Source: a virus (lineage: Duplodnaviria; Caudoviricetes). Taken from it: DNA of 52,853 nt. This document shows positions 18,056 to 26,893 of this stretch, piece by piece (positions within the stretch are counted from its first letter, which is position 1; every line of letters starts with the position of its first letter). The translations under genes and the position numbers were made by a program. The notes under the pieces were generated by a model. That model worked only from the letters and a program-made list of their open reading frames with translations, made no database searches and had not been told where the DNA came from. The stretch covers positions 1-52,853 of the IMG/VR virus record IMGVR_UViG_3300032722_000027; one strand, 5' to 3'.

Positions 18056-18570
18056 GCCGGGGTCTCCCCCATGCCCACAGGCTGCTTGGGAGCCACCTGC
18101 CCGGCATCGCCCATGCCCAGCGTCTTGTTGGCTGCTTTCGCCGCCGCAGTAGCCGCCGCCGCAACGCTCCGGGGCTCGATGATATGTGCCACCCGGGCAG
18201 CCAATGCCCGCTTCTGGTCCCCATACATCTTGCCCAGCACCGCCTTGGCTGCCGCTTCCGTCATGCCGCCCTTCTTGAGCGAGCGCAGAAGGCACCACCG
18301 CGTACCGTCAACATCCTGCACGAAGTAGTCATGTGCGTTGTAGGGGTGTAGCGGCTTCCGCCGTTCCTTGGCCAGCATGTATGCCCGGGCCTGCGGTTCC
18401 ACCTTGGCCTCATCGCATTGCTCCTGCAATGCCGCCACATCCTTGGCGCGGTTGGCGGTGAGGATTTCGATCAGGTCGTCCTCATCCAGAACGGGGAACG
18501 TCACGTCAACGCCGCCGATCTTTTCAATGATCGGGGCGTCAACGGCGTCCAGAAAGTCAGTCGGAGCCAT
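18016..18570 (-). CDS. Tail assembly chaperone (gpG-like)
   Basis: Lies between tail tube and tape measure; AAAGGAA RBS. Confidence 0.65.
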   Translation of the reverse strand: MAPTDFLDAVDAPIIEKIGGVDVTFPVLDEDDLIEILTANRAKDVAALQEQCDEAKVEPQARAYMLAKERRKPLHPYNAHDYFVQDVDGTRWCLLRSLKKGGMTEAAAKAVLGKMYGDQKRALAARVAHIIEPRSVAAAATAAAKAANKTLGMGDAGQVAPKQPVGMGETPANPPAPGASVSTT

Positions 18571-18595
18571 GAGATTCCTTTGTTACAGGGGCCGG

Positions 18596-18973
18596 TTAAA
18601 CGCTGCCGGCCGCATAGATGCCGTTGCTGCGGAAGTTACACGCAAACGTGGTGAGTTCACCCACCTGGGCACCCCACTCGATATCGGTGAACGTCGCGGT
18701 AATCTGCTGCTGGCGGCCCGTGTCGGCAATCAGCGTGACACTCACGTTTTCAAACGTGTTGCCAAAGCCCAGCGCGGAGCCCTTGACGAAGCCCGACACC
18801 GCGCCGTTGATGCCCTGGCCGGTAATCTTGCCCGTCTGGAACCCGTTGTCGGAGAACCCTTCCGAGTCCTTCCAACGGAAACTGTTGCGTCCGTTGAAGC
18901 GGCGAATCTTTCCGGTCATGCCGCTGGGGAGCGTGAAGTTGGCCGTCAGGCCAGTTAGGGTGTCGTCAGCCAT
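18596..18973 (-). CDS. Tail tube (major tail) protein, putative
   Basis: 125 aa, beta-rich, C-terminal F.CNFRSNG; position in operon. Confidence 0.6.
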   Translation of the reverse strand: MADDTLTGLTANFTLPSGMTGKIRRFNGRNSFRWKDSEGFSDNGFQTGKITGQGINGAVSGFVKGSALGFGNTFENVSVTLIADTGRQQQITATFTDIEWGAQVGELTTFACNFRSNGIYAAGSV

Positions 18974-19008
18974 GGGAAATCTCCATGAAAGAGTGATGGT
19001 TGGTCAGG

Positions 19009-19542
19009 TTACACGGTTCCAATGATGTCGATTTGGAACGGCACGTTGGTCCCGGCCGCCGCCGTGACGGTCAACAGGTGATGGCTGCCGTCCACGGCGT
19101 AGCCGATGGGGCTTTGCATCGCGATGGCGCCAAGGGGCTGCCCGGCCGCACTGCCCGCATGGGCGATGATGGCTCCAGCCGCAGTACCGAACGGGGCGGT
19201 CCATTCGTTGGTGATAACGCCGGATACGTCGCCAAAGGTCAGGTCCTGGCCCACCGTCTGGCTCTGGTTCTGGATCAAAATGGCTTTGATGCCAGTCAGC
19301 AGGGTCGGGTTTACCAGCCCGGCCAATCCGCACAGATCCACCGTAACCGGGGTGCCGGTGGAGACTGTGCCAGCGTACGACACGATGGCATTGGCCTGGC
19401 CGTTGCCGGTCCCGCTGGCAATCGCCGTGGCGAGGGCGGCGTTGGTGGCGGCCGTGAGTTGGGCCACACTGGCGCCGGCCGGGGCAGTCACACTGCCGTT
19501 GAGGGAGATGCGGAACATTGCCCCGCTAAGCGTGTTGGCCAT
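19009..19542 (-). CDS. Virion structural protein
   Basis: Ala/Gly/Thr-rich beta protein between tail terminator and tube; AAAGGAG RBS. Confidence 0.6.
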   Translation of the reverse strand: MANTLSGAMFRISLNGSVTAPAGASVAQLTAATNAALATAIASGTGNGQANAIVSYAGTVSTGTPVTVDLCGLAGLVNPTLLTGIKAILIQNQSQTVGQDLTFGDVSGVITNEWTAPFGTAAGAIIAHAGSAAGQPLGAIAMQSPIGYAVDGSHHLLTVTAAAGTNVPFQIDIIGTV

Positions 19543-19554
19543 GAAAAAACTCCT

Positions 19555-19965
19555 TTAATTGGTTGACCGTTGAACGCGAAATTCATGCACGCACAATGCG
19601 TGGTACAGCTCGTTATTGTCGTTGTCGTATTTCATGGAGCACCGTGGCGGATCGTTGCGTATCACGCTGAGGCAAACGTCATTGGGCATTGATAGTGAGG
19701 CGTAATCGAAGATGCGGCATACCTGTTCAATCTTGGCGAGGGCGTCCAGGTACGAGCCGGAGAATATGTCCGTCTGGATCTTGACGTTTTCGATGTAATC
19801 CTTGAGGCCCATCACATGCACATTGCCGCGCCCGGGTACAAAACTGAATCGGGCATAGGGGCGGGGCGTGCCTTCTGGTTGCTGGCTGAAAAACGGCGTC
19901 CCGATGGCCGCCAACGTGGCATCTGATTTCCATTTGTTCTGATAAGCGATGCTGAGTTCCTGCAT
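19555..19965 (-). CDS. Tail terminator (DUF3168-like)
   Basis: P...P.PY..F and QTDIFS motifs; position. Confidence 0.7.
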   Translation of the reverse strand: MQELSIAYQNKWKSDATLAAIGTPFFSQQPEGTPRPYARFSFVPGRGNVHVMGLKDYIENVKIQTDIFSGSYLDALAKIEQVCRIFDYASLSMPNDVCLSVIRNDPPRCSMKYDNDNNELYHALCVHEFRVQRSTN

Positions 19966-20357
19966 TAGAGACTCACCCCCGCCCGCACGATAGCCGGGAT
20001 CGTGTCTTTGGCTCGGTCCATGGCCGGGCTCATAAACGGGTACGCGGCGTTCTTATCGGTGCCAAACTCCAAGTCGAACGGCACGTTTTCACTGGCCCCA
20101 TCATCAGTGGCGCGGCTGCTGACAATCCGCTCGGTCAGGGCAAAGTCGTCCTCTTCGGTGAAGTGCCGCACGCCCACAAACAATCGGCCTGTCCGCAGGT
20201 ACGGCGTTTCGCTCGGGTGGCTGTAACGCTCCATGCCCATCGGGAAAGCCGTATCAAGGGTGTCCTCGATATCCGAAACGATTGCATCGCCAATCATGCC
20301 CATCGTGTCGCGCATTAGCGGCATCAGCATCGGGATGGCCTGGTCGGAAATGCTCAT
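19965..20357 (-). CDS. HK97 gp10-like neck/tail-completion protein
   Basis: P.LRTGRL...LEFGT.K.AAYPFMSPA. Confidence 0.75.
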   Translation of the reverse strand: MSISDQAIPMLMPLMRDTMGMIGDAIVSDIEDTLDTAFPMGMERYSHPSETPYLRTGRLFVGVRHFTEEDDFALTERIVSSRATDDGASENVPFDLEFGTDKNAAYPFMSPAMDRAKDTIPAIVRAGVSL

Positions 20358-20752
20358 GTGATTTTCTCCATCAGCACTTTCCACATCCGACCCTGCCCGC
20401 CCATATCGGCCGGAGCAATCGCCCGGTACTCCGACATGTTCGGGCTGCCAACCAATCCCGCCACGACCTTGTTGCCCTCATTAATGCCCGACAGGTCCGT
20501 CATGGAAAACAGGTTGTAAATGATCGACTCATTGCGCCGCCCGATGTTCGGATCAGGCCGGATGCCGCGACCCTGTACGGAAAACTGCGGCTGGATATTG
20601 CACGCCAAGTTGCTCAGAATCGCCGTTGGGATCCGCACCGTACCGCCGCCCGCGTCAGCCGTGGGCCGCATGGCGTAGACGGTGGCGGTGTGGGTGGACA
20701 TGATATCGTCCGCCAGCAAACCGCCTTGCGAGATGTCAGCCAACAGGCCCAT
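20354..20752 (-). CDS. Head closure/stopper protein
   Basis: T.TVY...DAGGG...ACNIQP pattern; position. Confidence 0.6.
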   Translation of the reverse strand: MGLLADISQGGLLADDIMSTHTATVYAMRPTADAGGGTVRIPTAILSNLACNIQPQFSVQGRGIRPDPNIGRRNESIIYNLFSMTDLSGINEGNKVVAGLVGSPNMSEYRAIAPADMGGQGRMWKVLMEKIT

Positions 20753-20761
20753 GAGAATCCC

Positions 20762-21127
20762 TTATCTGACCGCCGGCGGCAACGGCCACCAGGGCAATCC
20801 AAGAACTCCACCGGGCACCATTGTCGGAACCGCCGCCACAAGGTTGTTGGAGCGATCCTGAGACTCCCAATACTCTGCCGCCTCGACGAAGGTGAAACCG
20901 GAACGCTTTTTGAACTCGTACTGATCCAGCCGTTTGGATTCGATGAAGTCTTCGCTCATCAAGGCTCGGAAGATCAGGCCAAGGGCGCCTTCTTTGCTGC
21001 CCGCGGTATTAATTGCCGCCTCGAGAAACTGCCCTATCGCAATGGTCACGCCGTTTTTGGTCAGCATTAAGGGCATTGAAGGCAGGTTCAATGCCACGAA
21101 CTGCTGATCTGTAAACGTAACGGCCAT
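20762..21127 (-). CDS. Head-tail adaptor, putative
   Basis: Position after the major capsid gene; ESKRLDQYEF resembles the S.+.GD.S.Y connector motif. Confidence 0.5.
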   Translation of the reverse strand: MAVTFTDQQFVALNLPSMPLMLTKNGVTIAIGQFLEAAINTAGSKEGALGLIFRALMSEDFIESKRLDQYEFKKRSGFTFVEAAEYWESQDRSNNLVAAVPTMVPGGVLGLPWWPLPPAVR

Positions 21128-21139
21128 AATCGCCCTATC

Positions 21140-21177
21140 AAAAACGCCCCGCCCGCTCGTGACGGTACGGGGCGTTT
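21140..21177 (-). terminator. Intrinsic terminator after the major capsid gene
   Basis: AAACGCCCCG...CGGGGCGTTTTT on the minus strand. Confidence 0.75.
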
Positions 21178-21202
21178 GGGATACTAAGTTTGGTCAATGC
21201 GG

Positions 21203-22303
21203 TTACGAAACCGTCAGGCTCCAGACCACCAGGCCGTTCTTGATCGTCGGCAGGAAATAGTCGCCGCTGATCGCCTTGAGCTTGATCGGGTCGGTGCTCA
21301 TCGTGGCATAGGCGAACTTGCCGTTGACCACCTTGACATTGGTGAGCAACTGTTCGATGTTCTGCGCCTCGCTGGCAACGGTGGTCGGGATCAGGGTGCC
21401 GGCCTCAAAGAACTCATACCAGTTTGGTTCCAGGTCAGGGATGACCACAATCTGATTGTCGGCGAACCACTGCTGCACGGTGCCGGCCGAATCGACATAG
21501 TAGTTGTTGTAAGCCGGGAACCACTCGAAATCGAGCAAACCTTTGGGCACTTCGTTGGTGTCCATGAACTGCTGATTGAGCATCGGTTGCCGGCTCAGGT
21601 ACGCCTGCATCGCGGTATTGCCGTACAGGTATCCGGGGATGGCCTTCCCGTACAGGATTTTGACCGGGTTGTAGTTGCTGGTCGCGCGGAACGATTCCCG
21701 CAGCGTGCGGAGTGAACTGGGGATGTCGGTGCTGGCGCTCGACCAATCGCCCACGGCATAGGTGGAGACGTTGGGGTAGTTGGTGGCCTTGGTAAACGCC
21801 TGAGTCCCGAACGAGACGGTCTGCACGGCGCCGCTGGAGGTCGAAAGGATGTTGCCGCTGCCATCGGCGTAGATGGCGCCCTTGGCGAAAGCGGAGCACA
21901 CCAGCGTCTTGCGCAGGTTGTCCTGGCGTTCGCGGAAGTCAGCCATGCGGCGGGTAAATTCCGCCTTCGCCTGCATTTTGACGTAATCCACGCCGCTCAT
22001 GAGTTGATACAGGAAGTCCTGATCGACCACGAAGTGCTCGCGGGTGCCGAGGGCGGTGGCATACTGCCAGTTGGCGCCAAGCACTTCGACTTCCCGCGAA
22101 CCGGAAGCCTGGTGGACAAGCTGTGCGGTGGCCCGGTTGCCCTTAAATTGCTTGAACTTGATCTGCAAGCCGACCGGCTTCTCCGGCGACGGCGTGAGAA
22201 CGCCATCGGGCATGTACAGCGGCAGGCCGCGCTTGATCGCTTCACTGTTGGCCAGTTCGGTCATCACCGGGCCGGCGAAGAAGTCCTGTAACGTCTGTCC
22301 CAT
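21203..22303 (-). CDS. Major capsid protein (lambda gpE-like)
   Basis: 366 aa, follows decoration protein; DW..ASTDIP and YNNYYVD..G....F..DN.IV.IP patterns; AAGGAG RBS. Confidence 0.8.
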   Translation of the reverse strand: MGQTLQDFFAGPVMTELANSEAIKRGLPLYMPDGVLTPSPEKPVGLQIKFKQFKGNRATAQLVHQASGSREVEVLGANWQYATALGTREHFVVDQDFLYQLMSGVDYVKMQAKAEFTRRMADFRERQDNLRKTLVCSAFAKGAIYADGSGNILSTSSGAVQTVSFGTQAFTKATNYPNVSTYAVGDWSSASTDIPSSLRTLRESFRATSNYNPVKILYGKAIPGYLYGNTAMQAYLSRQPMLNQQFMDTNEVPKGLLDFEWFPAYNNYYVDSAGTVQQWFADNQIVVIPDLEPNWYEFFEAGTLIPTTVASEAQNIEQLLTNVKVVNGKFAYATMSTDPIKLKAISGDYFLPTIKNGLVVWSLTVS

Positions 22304-22351
22304 GAGAAATCTCCTTGTTAAGTTGCCGGTTAGACCGGGGCTTGCGGTTGA

Positions 22352-23092
22352 TTACCGATCGTTGTCGAAAGTGAACGCCACGCCGCTGACATTGTTCTCG
22401 CCGCCGCTCTTGAGGAAGCTCTTGAGGTAGGCCTGGCAGGACGGTTCCACGGTATTGGTGAAGTCGTCCGTGACCAAGTTCGGAATTTGCGAGGAAAGTA
22501 GGTCCGCTCCACGCAGCCACATTTGCAGGGCCTGGTCGATGCTGGCTCCGTTGATGTCGGCCACATCGGTCCCGAACACGTTGTCGGCAAAGATGATCAG
22601 GGGCGACTGGCTGCCATCGGCGGGCTGGATCAGGCTCTTGGTGACGTAACTGTTGGTCACGGCGCCGACCGTCAGGGTGGTGCCAGAGGCGGCCGAGCAC
22701 GCAACCACTTCGGACTGCATGGTGCCGCCCGTGGTGGCGGGGCCGGCGATGGTGATGCCGACGCTCGCTCCGGCGGCGGCAATGAGGCGGGCCAGTTCGG
22801 TGGCCACGGCCGCATTAACCGTGATGCTGGTATTGGTGGCGGTGATGGCGGCGGTATTGAGGCCGATCACGCTATTGCGGTACTTGCCGCCAGTCGTGAC
22901 CTTGCCCAGGATCGTGCCGGGGCGAATCAAACTCGTGGGGCTGGACCCCACGTCGCGGGTCCGGGTGCCGTCGAGAATGTAAAACGACGGTACGAAGTTG
23001 ATCTGGTTCCATTGGCTCGAAACGAAAATGTTCCGCGGCGTGATGGACCCACCAGTGCGAATGCCGGGGAGGCTGTAGAAATTCGTGCCCAT
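22352..23092 (-). CDS. Head decoration protein (lambda gpD-like, with insertion)
   Basis: IRPGTILGKVTTGGKY and ADGSQ motifs. Confidence 0.7.
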   Translation of the reverse strand: MGTNFYSLPGIRTGGSITPRNIFVSSQWNQINFVPSFYILDGTRTRDVGSSPTSLIRPGTILGKVTTGGKYRNSVIGLNTAAITATNTSITVNAAVATELARLIAAAGASVGITIAGPATTGGTMQSEVVACSAASGTTLTVGAVTNSYVTKSLIQPADGSQSPLIIFADNVFGTDVADINGASIDQALQMWLRGADLLSSQIPNLVTDDFTNTVEPSCQAYLKSFLKSGGENNVSGVAFTFDNDR

Positions 23093-23137
23093 GTGTTTTG
23101 CTCCTTATGGAAACGGGGTCTTTGATTCCGCCGCTGG

Positions 23138-24235
23138 TTACTTGGCCAACCAGGGATTTTCTTTCTTGACTTCGGGCTTCACCGGATCGGCATCATTTGC
23201 CTTCGCGGGCACAACTTCCAAGCCGAGTTGCTTAGCAGTCGCCTCGCCGGTCGCCACCGGGTTGTTCGATTCGATGATCTTGACCACGCGGTCAACCGTA
23301 TCAGCGATGCCTTCCGGGTCTTCCATGGAAAGCATCAGGGCTGAAAACTTGCCTTCCTTCCGGTCGCCGATCAGCTCAGACTTGAGGGCGTCCTTGGTGG
23401 CCTGGGAAAGTTTGGGGGAGCGATCAAGCCGCTCCTCGCCGACCCGCGCGGCCAGGGAGAGGAACTTCTTGTCGGCGGTGGCCTGCCGGGGAGCGGTTTT
23501 CTTGAGGGTGTCCACTTCGGCCAGGGCCATGGTGAGTTTTTCCTTGGCCGCAGCGGCTTCCGTTTCCAAGCCCATATACCGGGCGCAATGGTCAAGAATG
23601 TGGTCGGTTGCGTTCTCTTCAGTGACGGAACCCTTGGGGAGCTTGCGGAGGCGTTCAATTGCCTCAAAATGTTTGGCTGTGTCGAATGCCATGGGTTTCT
23701 CCAATGAAAGGTGGTATTCGTTATCCGCTGGGTCTTCCAGCCCGGCGGCAATACGCTGGCCGGAAACAACAGGGCGAGGGACGTATGCGGTGGCGTAGAT
23801 GCAATCCTGATATTCCTTGCCCTTGCCATCGGTGACTTTGGGCTCAATTTCGATGGATACCCGGCGGCACGCTTCGGCAATTTCGATATTCTTCTGGCCG
23901 CGAACTTGGTGGACGGTTTGCAACCATTCGCCATGCCGCTCAAGGCCGATCATGTCGCCCATGACGACATCGGCGGTCTTCTTTTCATGGTGGTCTTTGG
24001 TGACAACCATTGCCACGCCGTTCTTCTGCATCGCGTCGAACGTCGTAAGCCAGTGGCTTGCACGGTCTTCGGTAACGACCAGCGGAGTGGCCCACCCCTT
24101 TCTTGTGTAGGTCTGTCCGATTTGGATTGCATCGTGCCGAAACTCGGCAACGGGGGTGCCATCAGCCAGCGTATATCGCTTGGCGGCCCCTTCGGACCCA
24201 ACGGACAAAAATAAGGGTGTCGCGTTCGCACTCAT
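23138..24235 (-). CDS. Mu gpI-like prohead protease/scaffold
   Basis: DHH, VSIE and P.V motifs in the N-terminal domain; helical scaffold C-terminus. Confidence 0.7.
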   Translation of the reverse strand: MSANATPLFLSVGSEGAAKRYTLADGTPVAEFRHDAIQIGQTYTRKGWATPLVVTEDRASHWLTTFDAMQKNGVAMVVTKDHHEKKTADVVMGDMIGLERHGEWLQTVHQVRGQKNIEIAEACRRVSIEIEPKVTDGKGKEYQDCIYATAYVPRPVVSGQRIAAGLEDPADNEYHLSLEKPMAFDTAKHFEAIERLRKLPKGSVTEENATDHILDHCARYMGLETEAAAAKEKLTMALAEVDTLKKTAPRQATADKKFLSLAARVGEERLDRSPKLSQATKDALKSELIGDRKEGKFSALMLSMEDPEGIADTVDRVVKIIESNNPVATGEATAKQLGLEVVPAKANDADPVKPEVKKENPWLAK

Positions 24236-24295
24236 GGAGTACATAATGCGAAGTGCTGAAAATATTTGCTTAACTATCAATACCCGTAGTGGGAA

Positions 24296-24475
24296 TTAAA
24301 CATAGACCGCCTTGAAGGGGAAGCGGCAGGCGGGAGAAAGGCAACGGTAATAACGAATATTTCCCCGGTCGGTCTTGTACCCGCGTATTGCGGTGCCGCT
24401 GCAATGCGGGCAACGGTGGCGCCTAAAAATTGCCACCGGCATAGTTGGGGCACGCATAATCATATCAAGAGCCAT
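24296..24475 (-). CDS. Ogr/Delta-like zinc-finger transcriptional regulator
   Basis: RCPHCSG...RYYRC..PAC...FK. Confidence 0.65.
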   Translation of the reverse strand: MALDMIMRAPTMPVAIFRRHRCPHCSGTAIRGYKTDRGNIRYYRCLSPACRFPFKAVYV

Positions 24476-24476
24476 A

Positions 24477-24755
24477 TCATGCCCTCTTTTGGCAACGCGA
24501 TTCGACCAGTGATTCAAACCAATCGGCATCGGCCGCGCGAAGGCAAATTGTGCGGCCCGTAACTAGGAACACCTCCAGCGCCCGGCCCTTGCCGTCTTGC
24601 ATTCCCACGGGGGAAATATGCGATACGGCATCGATGTTGAACACCTCCCCGGCGACGTTTACGAAGTTGCGGTTTGGCGTTACCGCCGCAGCGGGCAAAG
24701 ACGCCGCTCGCGACTGGTCCAATACCGCCATGCGATTGCCATTGTTCCGGCTCAT
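24477..24755 (-). CDS. Hypothetical protein
   Basis: AGGAG RBS; FNIDAVSHI pattern. Confidence 0.65.
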   Translation of the reverse strand: MSRNNGNRMAVLDQSRAASLPAAAVTPNRNFVNVAGEVFNIDAVSHISPVGMQDGKGRALEVFLVTGRTICLRAADADWFESLVESRCQKRA

Positions 24756-24763
24756 GCGATCTC

Positions 24764-26893
24764 CTATCTGTATTCAACGTCGCATCGGCAACCGCCGTGC
24801 GTATCAACCGTGGGCCATGGGCCAAGCATCGGATCAATTTCTCGCCCTTCAAATCCGAGACATACAAGGCAAGTCTTTTCATCGTGGACGCAAACCCAAT
24901 AGCCTTTCAGGCCAAGTTGCTTATTGCCATTGACTTCGCCAATCACGCTGGCGACGTAAATCTGATCGCCCGCAATCTTACCGGCGCGGACCTTGTTGAA
25001 CCACCTGCCATCAACCTTGCCGCCCTTTTTCTCCCAGTGTTTCAGGGTGGAGGCGTTGACTTCTTTCGCTACGTCGCCAGCAATCTTGGTGATACGTTCA
25101 TTGGCGGCATCAATGGCCGCATTCGACAAGGCCGCAGGCGCCGCCGGGTATTTCGCCAACGCAGATTGCACGTTCTCTGCTGCCTCATCTCGCATGGACG
25201 CCGCCAACAGTGCCGCAAGCGTACCGTCGGCATCATCCGGCAGGGCTCCGTTTGTTTTGAGTGCCGCCTTTTGATCGGCGAACAGCAGCAGAAGCAGGGC
25301 GATCAAATCCCGCTCCCGCCTGGTTTTTTTTTCGGCATCGTCATCTTCCACTGAAAGGGCCAGCGATTCGCCCTTGGGAGTTCCGATGTTGACCTCTTTA
25401 TCCTTCTGCTGCTGCTTCAGAAACTCGGCGGCAATGGCGTTGGCATCAAATTGAGCATTTGGCTTCACGCCCGTTTTGGCCATGACGCTCAAAGCGTCAA
25501 CACACCGCAGAAACATCATCGGTCCTTGCGGTCCAGAGAAAAGAGACTTGATAATGTCCTGCTGCAAGCCAAGTTGGCTATCCTGCATAGGGCTGATCTT
25601 GCAGACCACCAATCCCACATAAGCGGGACCGTGGTTTTGATCCAAGTAGGTATCCACCACCTTGTTCATTTCCCGGCAAATCTTTCCGCCAAACGGCTCT
25701 TGAATCTGGACCGCCACACCGCCATGCGTTTCGGAATCGGCCTTGCTGCTGGTGCGGGCCTCCAGGATGGCCCGCGCCGGCGTCAGGTGCCCCATGCAGA
25801 TAGCCCGGTCCAGTTTGTCCCACAGGATGCTGATGCCCTGCCCACTGTCATTCTTGGTGTCGATGAATCCGAGTTTGTACGGGTTGACATCATCCGACTT
25901 GAGCCCCTTAAGGATCAGTTGCTCGGCATGTTTGGCGAACGGGTTTGGGATGATGGCGGTTTGCCCGTTAGCCAGTGCGTTGGCAAACGTCAAAGCGTTC
26001 TGCTGGGCCGTGGCGTCAAGGCTTTGGCCTTTGCCGTCGCGCAGCCCCATTGGCCATTGCACATAGGGGACCGAACGGCAAAGGATGTTCAGGCCCGATT
26101 CCAGCAGGTCGTAAAGTTGTTCGGCTCGAGCCCACGCCTTTTTGTAGTTCTCTTTGCGGGACCGTCCATAAGGGTTGATACCGCGATCATCGTGCGTGAT
26201 GCGAAATACCCGGCGCATGTCGAGAATTTCCACCCCCTGATTTTCTATGCCAAGCACGTTGCCATGCTTGTCCGTCATGAATTGCGTGCCAATGATCGAT
26301 GCGTAACTGCCCACGCCGGGGAATCCAGCCGCGCCCCAAGGCCCAGCCCGTAGCAGCGTCTTAAACTTCTTCACGCTGGTACGCGCCGGGCGGCCGTTGA
26401 TGCCGGGGCGGTTCTCCCACACGATTTCGGCAGTGTGGTTGCCGTCATCGCGAGCGCGGGGGCAGATGTCCAACCGCTCGGCTGCATGGGGGGAAAACTC
26501 TGCCGTAACCTCTTTTACCAAATCCGCCAGCGCCGCCGCCCCAATCTGATCGGCCGCACCGGGGGCGCCCTCGAAGGACATTTCCGCGGACCGAATCGGC
26601 GCGTCCGATGCCGCCTGGCAAAGCGCCACCGTTGGGTTGCGGTCCATCAGATCGTAATTCCAGAACGTCCCCACGGGAACGCCGTAGCCATTCATTTGGA
26701 TGGAGCCGAAGGACGTATACCCGCCAGACCACGCGCCCGAGCCGAATGGCGCCACCGCCAGCCCAAGACCGGCGGCGAAGATGCTGAACTGGTCGGGCAT
26801 GGCCTCGCCGGTCGCCACGGGGCCGCTGGTGATTGCCCGGTCGATTACCATGCCGCCGCCCGTGCCGATTCCGATGTTTAAATTATCTGCCAT
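24764..26893 (-). CDS. Portal protein (DUF935/Mu gp29-like) fused to a MuF-like head morphogenesis domain
   Basis: NPYGRS, I....MG..T; C-terminal W....DEKTCLVC..FEG...P..HGGCRC. Confidence 0.8.
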   Translation of the reverse strand: MADNLNIGIGTGGGMVIDRAITSGPVATGEAMPDQFSIFAAGLGLAVAPFGSGAWSGGYTSFGSIQMNGYGVPVGTFWNYDLMDRNPTVALCQAASDAPIRSAEMSFEGAPGAADQIGAAALADLVKEVTAEFSPHAAERLDICPRARDDGNHTAEIVWENRPGINGRPARTSVKKFKTLLRAGPWGAAGFPGVGSYASIIGTQFMTDKHGNVLGIENQGVEILDMRRVFRITHDDRGINPYGRSRKENYKKAWARAEQLYDLLESGLNILCRSVPYVQWPMGLRDGKGQSLDATAQQNALTFANALANGQTAIIPNPFAKHAEQLILKGLKSDDVNPYKLGFIDTKNDSGQGISILWDKLDRAICMGHLTPARAILEARTSSKADSETHGGVAVQIQEPFGGKICREMNKVVDTYLDQNHGPAYVGLVVCKISPMQDSQLGLQQDIIKSLFSGPQGPMMFLRCVDALSVMAKTGVKPNAQFDANAIAAEFLKQQQKDKEVNIGTPKGESLALSVEDDDAEKKTRRERDLIALLLLLFADQKAALKTNGALPDDADGTLAALLAASMRDEAAENVQSALAKYPAAPAALSNAAIDAANERITKIAGDVAKEVNASTLKHWEKKGGKVDGRWFNKVRAGKIAGDQIYVASVIGEVNGNKQLGLKGYWVCVHDEKTCLVCLGFEGREIDPMLGPWPTVDTHGGCRCDVEYR

